Notes under the pieces: generated by a model
Databases searched by the model: none
Told to the model about the DNA's origin: nothing
The model's input: only the letters and a program-made list of their open reading frames with translations
Shown: piece by piece, positions 25,060 to 28,434 of the stretch
Numbering within the stretch: the first letter of the stretch is position 1
Layout of the letters: each line of letters opens with the position of its first letter
Program-made: the position numbers and the translations under genes
NCBI GenBank assembly: GCA_946611025.1
Contig: CAMOCR010000001.1
Location: 1-28,434, forward strand
DNA from: an uncultured Alphaproteobacteria bacterium
GTDB lineage: Bacteria > Pseudomonadota > Alphaproteobacteria > Rs-D84
DNA: 28,434 bases
Reading direction: 5' to 3'

Positions 25060-25565
25060 TGCAATTAACCGAAGGCGCTGCTGCAAACAGAATCGCGGAA
25101 CTTGGCATGGACGACTTGCCGATTGTGCCGATTCGCCCAACACCGCAAATGGTCACGCCTGATTGGTTTAAAAAATATCATGATTTGGTTCGCGAATTTA
25201 CCACAACACTGACCGATTCAATTCAAGAATTAGCATTCATGAATTTACCCCAGGGTGAATTTGTTGACTTGGTTATGGGGCGCCGCATGCCCGAAAATTT
25301 ATCTGTGCGTTTTCGTGTACCATTGGTTTGGGGGGGCAAGTTGGAAATTGATAATTTATTTTTATGTACCACATTTCCACACGCGCACAACATGGACCGG
25401 TTTATAATTGAACAATCTGGTAACGATGTTATTTGGTTACCAAACCCCGCGAAAAAGGTTTACATCCCGGCCCACATGGCATCTGGTGGCGATGGTGGCA
25501 ATGCGACCGACGACCGTTTTAACCAGATTTCGAACCAGGTTGCTACAACATACCAGATGGAATAA
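25059..25565 (+). CDS. Degenerate HNH-like protein
   Basis: GRRMPENLSVRFRVPLVWGGKLEIDNLFLC...H matches the HNH pattern G..P....vHH..Pl..GG.n...NL.L with HH replaced by RF; TAATG overlap with the upstream gene. Confidence 0.6.
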   Translation: MQLTEGAAANRIAELGMDDLPIVPIRPTPQMVTPDWFKKYHDLVREFTTTLTDSIQELAFMNLPQGEFVDLVMGRRMPENLSVRFRVPLVWGGKLEIDNLFLCTTFPHAHNMDRFIIEQSGNDVIWLPNPAKKVYIPAHMASGGDGGNATDDRFNQISNQVATTYQME

Positions 25566-25567
25566 CA

Positions 25568-26002
25568 ATGAACACGAACGAATTTTTATCTGCGATGAAA
25601 ACACGTGGTGCAACAATTTATCCACCTGCATCGCGTCGCGACATTGAATTGGCAAACAATGCCTTGCAATCACGGCGATGTGCAATGTTTCCGGCGATTT
25701 TTAGTGATTTATATAATCATGCCGCAGCGATAAACATGGGTAATGGATACATTTTCCCACCAATTGAAATACCACGTGGGGCGCGTTTTCCAATTCCATC
25801 GATTGTTGACATAAATATAAACCTGCCGGCAAATCCAATATTGCGCGGGAAAACAATATTTGGTCGAAACGATTTATTTTGGTTTGCGTTTGATGCGTTT
25901 GGTGTATTCTATATGCTGGATAACCTGAATTTGCGCGTACTACGAAAATACGATGATCCATATCGTGCAATGACCGATTGTTTAATTGCTGGGAAATTTT
26001 AA
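25568..26002 (+). CDS. SMI1/KNR4 (SUKH)-like protein
   Basis: PPASRRDIELAN ... FPAIFSDLY ... IF ... SIVDIN ... IFGRND ... FD..G follows the SUKH pattern; directly after the HNH-like gene. Confidence 0.62.
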   Translation: MNTNEFLSAMKTRGATIYPPASRRDIELANNALQSRRCAMFPAIFSDLYNHAAAINMGNGYIFPPIEIPRGARFPIPSIVDININLPANPILRGKTIFGRNDLFWFAFDAFGVFYMLDNLNLRVLRKYDDPYRAMTDCLIAGKF

Positions 26003-26003
26003 T

Positions 26004-26219
26004 ATGAAAAAAATATCTGTATCTTTGTCCGGTCACCAGACCAGTATTTCAATCGAAGATGATTTTATAATCGCCCTGCATCAAATTGCCAAACACGACA
26101 ATGTTTCGGTTGCATCGATTATTCAATCAATTGATGCAACGCGCATGCCCGACACTAATCTTTCTTCTGCGGTGCGTTCATACATATTGCGCCGATACAT
26201 GAAATCAGCAAAATTATAA
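26004..26219 (+). CDS. Ribbon-helix-helix DNA-binding protein (RHH_4 type)
   Basis: KISVSLSGHQTSISIE ... IA ... ID ... NLSSAVRSYIL is the alphaproteobacterial RHH_4 signature; start ATG 26004. Confidence 0.88.
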   Translation: MKKISVSLSGHQTSISIEDDFIIALHQIAKHDNVSVASIIQSIDATRMPDTNLSSAVRSYILRRYMKSAKL

Positions 26220-28173
26220 TCAACCACCCATCACGACCAATCATGCGATATGGCGTCATGTGTGCACCCCACACGGTACCGTCCAAAACACCTGTCTGGT
26301 CAATTGGTAATGACGAAACAATTTCACCACTTGGCAAAATAAATGCACTGATACCCGAATAGTTTGCACGAATAATCGGCAACCCCGATTCAATCGCATA
26401 ACGGCGCACCATATCCAAATGCTGATATGTCCCCGGCGTTTTACCAAACCATGTATCATTTGTAATGTTTATAATTGCCGATGGTTGCAATTCGACACGT
26501 GGCACCAATGAATCACTGAATATAATTTCATAGCAAATCGCCGGTGCAAATACAAAATCGGCATTATCCATGTTGATTGAAATAATTTCTGCCCCACCCC
26601 CATGACTAAGGTGTGCCGGCGATGGCATAATGCCAAACGGGCTGTATTCACCAAACGGCACCAAGTGCGATTTACTGTATATCGTGTTTATTTTACCACT
26701 GTCATCTGCAACAATCATTGAATTATATGCATGACCATCGGCAAATGATGTTGCGCCAATTATAACATTTGTTTTTAATGCCGCAGCCAATGGCATATCG
26801 TCTGTATTAACAATTGTAAATGGATATGTCGTTTCTGGAAAGACAATCAAATCTGGTTTATCACCACCATCACGGGACGCCAATTGAAACAATCGAATTA
26901 AATTTTCTTCGGCTTGTTTCAATGCACTTTCACGTGAATAGACCATCTTTTGTGACTGTGATTGTGCTGGCTGAACGATGCGAATCATTGCCGAACCACC
27001 CGCATCTTTTGAAACACTTGCGATATTATGTGCACCAACAAAACCGCCACATAGCGCGATTATCATCAACAACAAAAACACAAACCAATTACGCCATGAT
27101 TTTACCATGCGCAACAATTCAACAATCGCCGCAACCAATCCAACAATTACAAATGTTAAACCCAACGCCCCCCACAACGACATTGAATTTGCAATTTGCG
27201 GAAACGGCATAGTGATATTTGCAATCGGGTTCCACGGGAATCCTGTGAATAACCATTCACGCAACCACAACACAAATGCCCATACCCCAGAAAACACAAA
27301 TACACGTGACGGTGCCGAAATGTTTTTTCGGGCAATTGCAACAAATGGAATTGTAAATAACAACACCCCAACCAGCCCAATTCCAATCAATGCCGGCACC
27401 GTCCAGATTGCAAATTGCCGTGCCAATTCTGGTACAACATATATTGAATGCAACGTCCACCAAAACATCGCGATTGCATATGCCGCACCAAATGGCGACA
27501 GTCGCAAAATTTCACGCCAAAAGCCCCCATAATTTTTACGCCGAACCATCAACCAATATGCCCCTGCAACACCAAAACACGTTGCAAACCAAAAATAAAA
27601 TGGTGCAAACCCAAACGCCGCAACCCCACCAAACAGTGCATATAGCGCGAATTGCCAAAATCCATTTTCACGAATTTTTAATCTTTTCAAAAATGAAATT
27701 GTTTTAGCACCTGGACAACATTCGCCATTACTACAAGACGCATTTTCTTCATCGGCATATGGATTTTTATATCCCAACTTTTTCATAATATCAATTTCGC
27801 GAGATTCCATAACGACCGCTTCATCATCACGAATATGGTCATACCCCTGCAGGTGCAACATACCATGCACCACCATATGCGCTGTATGTTCTGCAACCGA
27901 TATACCGGCGGCATCGGCTTCGCGTTTAACGGTATCCAGTGAAATATAGATATCACCCAACAACAAATCATCACCCAATTCAAACGACAGAACATTTGTC
28001 GGTTTGTCCATATTGCGATATTGGCGATTCAGTTTATGTATTTCAATATCGTTGGTCAGTGTGATTGATACCTCTGCCCCACGGCGATGTGGTCCCGCCG
28101 CCGATGCAATGCGTTCAAAATCAATCGCATATTTTTTCCAACGTTTATCATCATAGTTTACATAAACTTGCAT
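26155..28173 (-). CDS. ybeY-lnt: YbeY endoribonuclease - apolipoprotein N-acyltransferase (Lnt) fusion
   Basis: YbeY: NRQYRNMDKPTNVLSF, LGDIYIS, HMVVHGMLHLQGYDH. Lnt: GFPW, IVQP, FPE, YSKSHLVPFGEY, ICYE, TNDTWFG, RANYSGIS. One uninterrupted ORF; start ATG 28173 after GGAG RBS. Confidence 0.93.
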   Translation of the reverse strand: MQVYVNYDDKRWKKYAIDFERIASAAGPHRRGAEVSITLTNDIEIHKLNRQYRNMDKPTNVLSFELGDDLLLGDIYISLDTVKREADAAGISVAEHTAHMVVHGMLHLQGYDHIRDDEAVVMESREIDIMKKLGYKNPYADEENASCSNGECCPGAKTISFLKRLKIRENGFWQFALYALFGGVAAFGFAPFYFWFATCFGVAGAYWLMVRRKNYGGFWREILRLSPFGAAYAIAMFWWTLHSIYVVPELARQFAIWTVPALIGIGLVGVLLFTIPFVAIARKNISAPSRVFVFSGVWAFVLWLREWLFTGFPWNPIANITMPFPQIANSMSLWGALGLTFVIVGLVAAIVELLRMVKSWRNWFVFLLLMIIALCGGFVGAHNIASVSKDAGGSAMIRIVQPAQSQSQKMVYSRESALKQAEENLIRLFQLASRDGGDKPDLIVFPETTYPFTIVNTDDMPLAAALKTNVIIGATSFADGHAYNSMIVADDSGKINTIYSKSHLVPFGEYSPFGIMPSPAHLSHGGGAEIISINMDNADFVFAPAICYEIIFSDSLVPRVELQPSAIINITNDTWFGKTPGTYQHLDMVRRYAIESGLPIIRANYSGISAFILPSGEIVSSLPIDQTGVLDGTVWGAHMTPYRMIGRDGWLIIILLISCIGAICMNAPQKKD

Positions 28174-28197
28174 TACCGTCTCCGTTTCTATATGCAC

Positions 28198-28434
28198 CTA
28201 GGCATGGGTTATGTCATGTTCTATAACAAATGTTTTGTTATCTTTTTGTAAATTTCTGGTTTTGTCTTGGATATCTTTTTGTGCCACATTAAATGCGATA
28301 AATTTATCATCATATTGACCATTAACAATCCACGGTTTTTTAGCAATATAATCACTGACCGTTCCAATGTTAACATGTCGTGTATTTCGCACCCCCAGCG
28401 CATATTCAATTGTTGGATCGTCAAACACAAAATG
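28198..28434 (-). CDS. Hypothetical protein, C-terminal fragment (5' end beyond window)
   Basis: The frame is open from the window edge (HFVFDDPTIEY...HDITHA*) and ends 24 nt before the ybeY-lnt start. No recognisable motif. Confidence 0.6.
   Translation of the reverse strand, partial: HFVFDDPTIEYALGVRNTRHVNIGTVSDYIAKKPWIVNGQYDDKFIAFNVAQKDIQDKTRNLQKDNKTFVIEHDITHA

Noticed and set aside
10397-28197. Longer N-terminal extensions given by the ORF track (starts 11566, 13478, 19837, 24254, 25986, 28197)
   Set aside because: These extensions run through promoters, terminators or neighbouring genes; downstream starts fit RBS position and family N-termini better.
649-28430. Many short or antisense ORFs in the track (e.g. 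2289-3050, 7497-8144, 15910-16737, 26978-27532)
   Set aside because: They lie opposite or out of frame within well-supported genes, mirror low-complexity codons, and have no motifs or RBS.
1-28434. tRNA, rRNA, CRISPR, transposase, integrase or prophage genes
   Set aside because: Intergenic gaps are all under about 140 nt and explained by promoters or terminators, and no ORF carries such motifs.

Overview
Gene-dense, mostly minus-strand window from an alphaproteobacterium. The alpha-type FtsL, DksA, RHH_4 and NlpD sequences point to that class; a reduced, host-associated lineage is my inference. The core genes are an nlpD-like LysM/M23 gene, tatC, tatB, lolA, nrnA, recJ, ftsI, ftsL, sufE, a DUF59/SufT gene, sufS, trxA, dksA, tatA, a SPOR (FtsN-like) gene, thrS, a hemolysin-III family gene, gltX, a GNAT, trmB and a ybeY-lnt fusion. 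I found no rRNA, tRNA, CRISPR array or mobile element. Three things stand out. (1) Two paralogous secreted, Cys-stapled, Gly/Ala-zipper helical proteins (746-1699 and 18782-19726) each overlap by ATGA with a different secreted Cys-rich partner: a trypsin-like protease missed by the ORF track, and a 1055-aa modular protein. This is a candidate undescribed translocator/pore-plus-cargo module. (2) A tight four-gene operon (24172-26219) encodes a membrane-anchored nuclease-like fold and an HNH-like protein that both lack catalytic residues, a SMI1/KNR4-like protein and a ribbon-helix-helix protein. It is divergent from a catalytically dead DeoC-like barrel. (3) An intact YbeY RNase is fused in frame to an intact Lnt. 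All family calls come from reading motifs by eye; no database searches were run.
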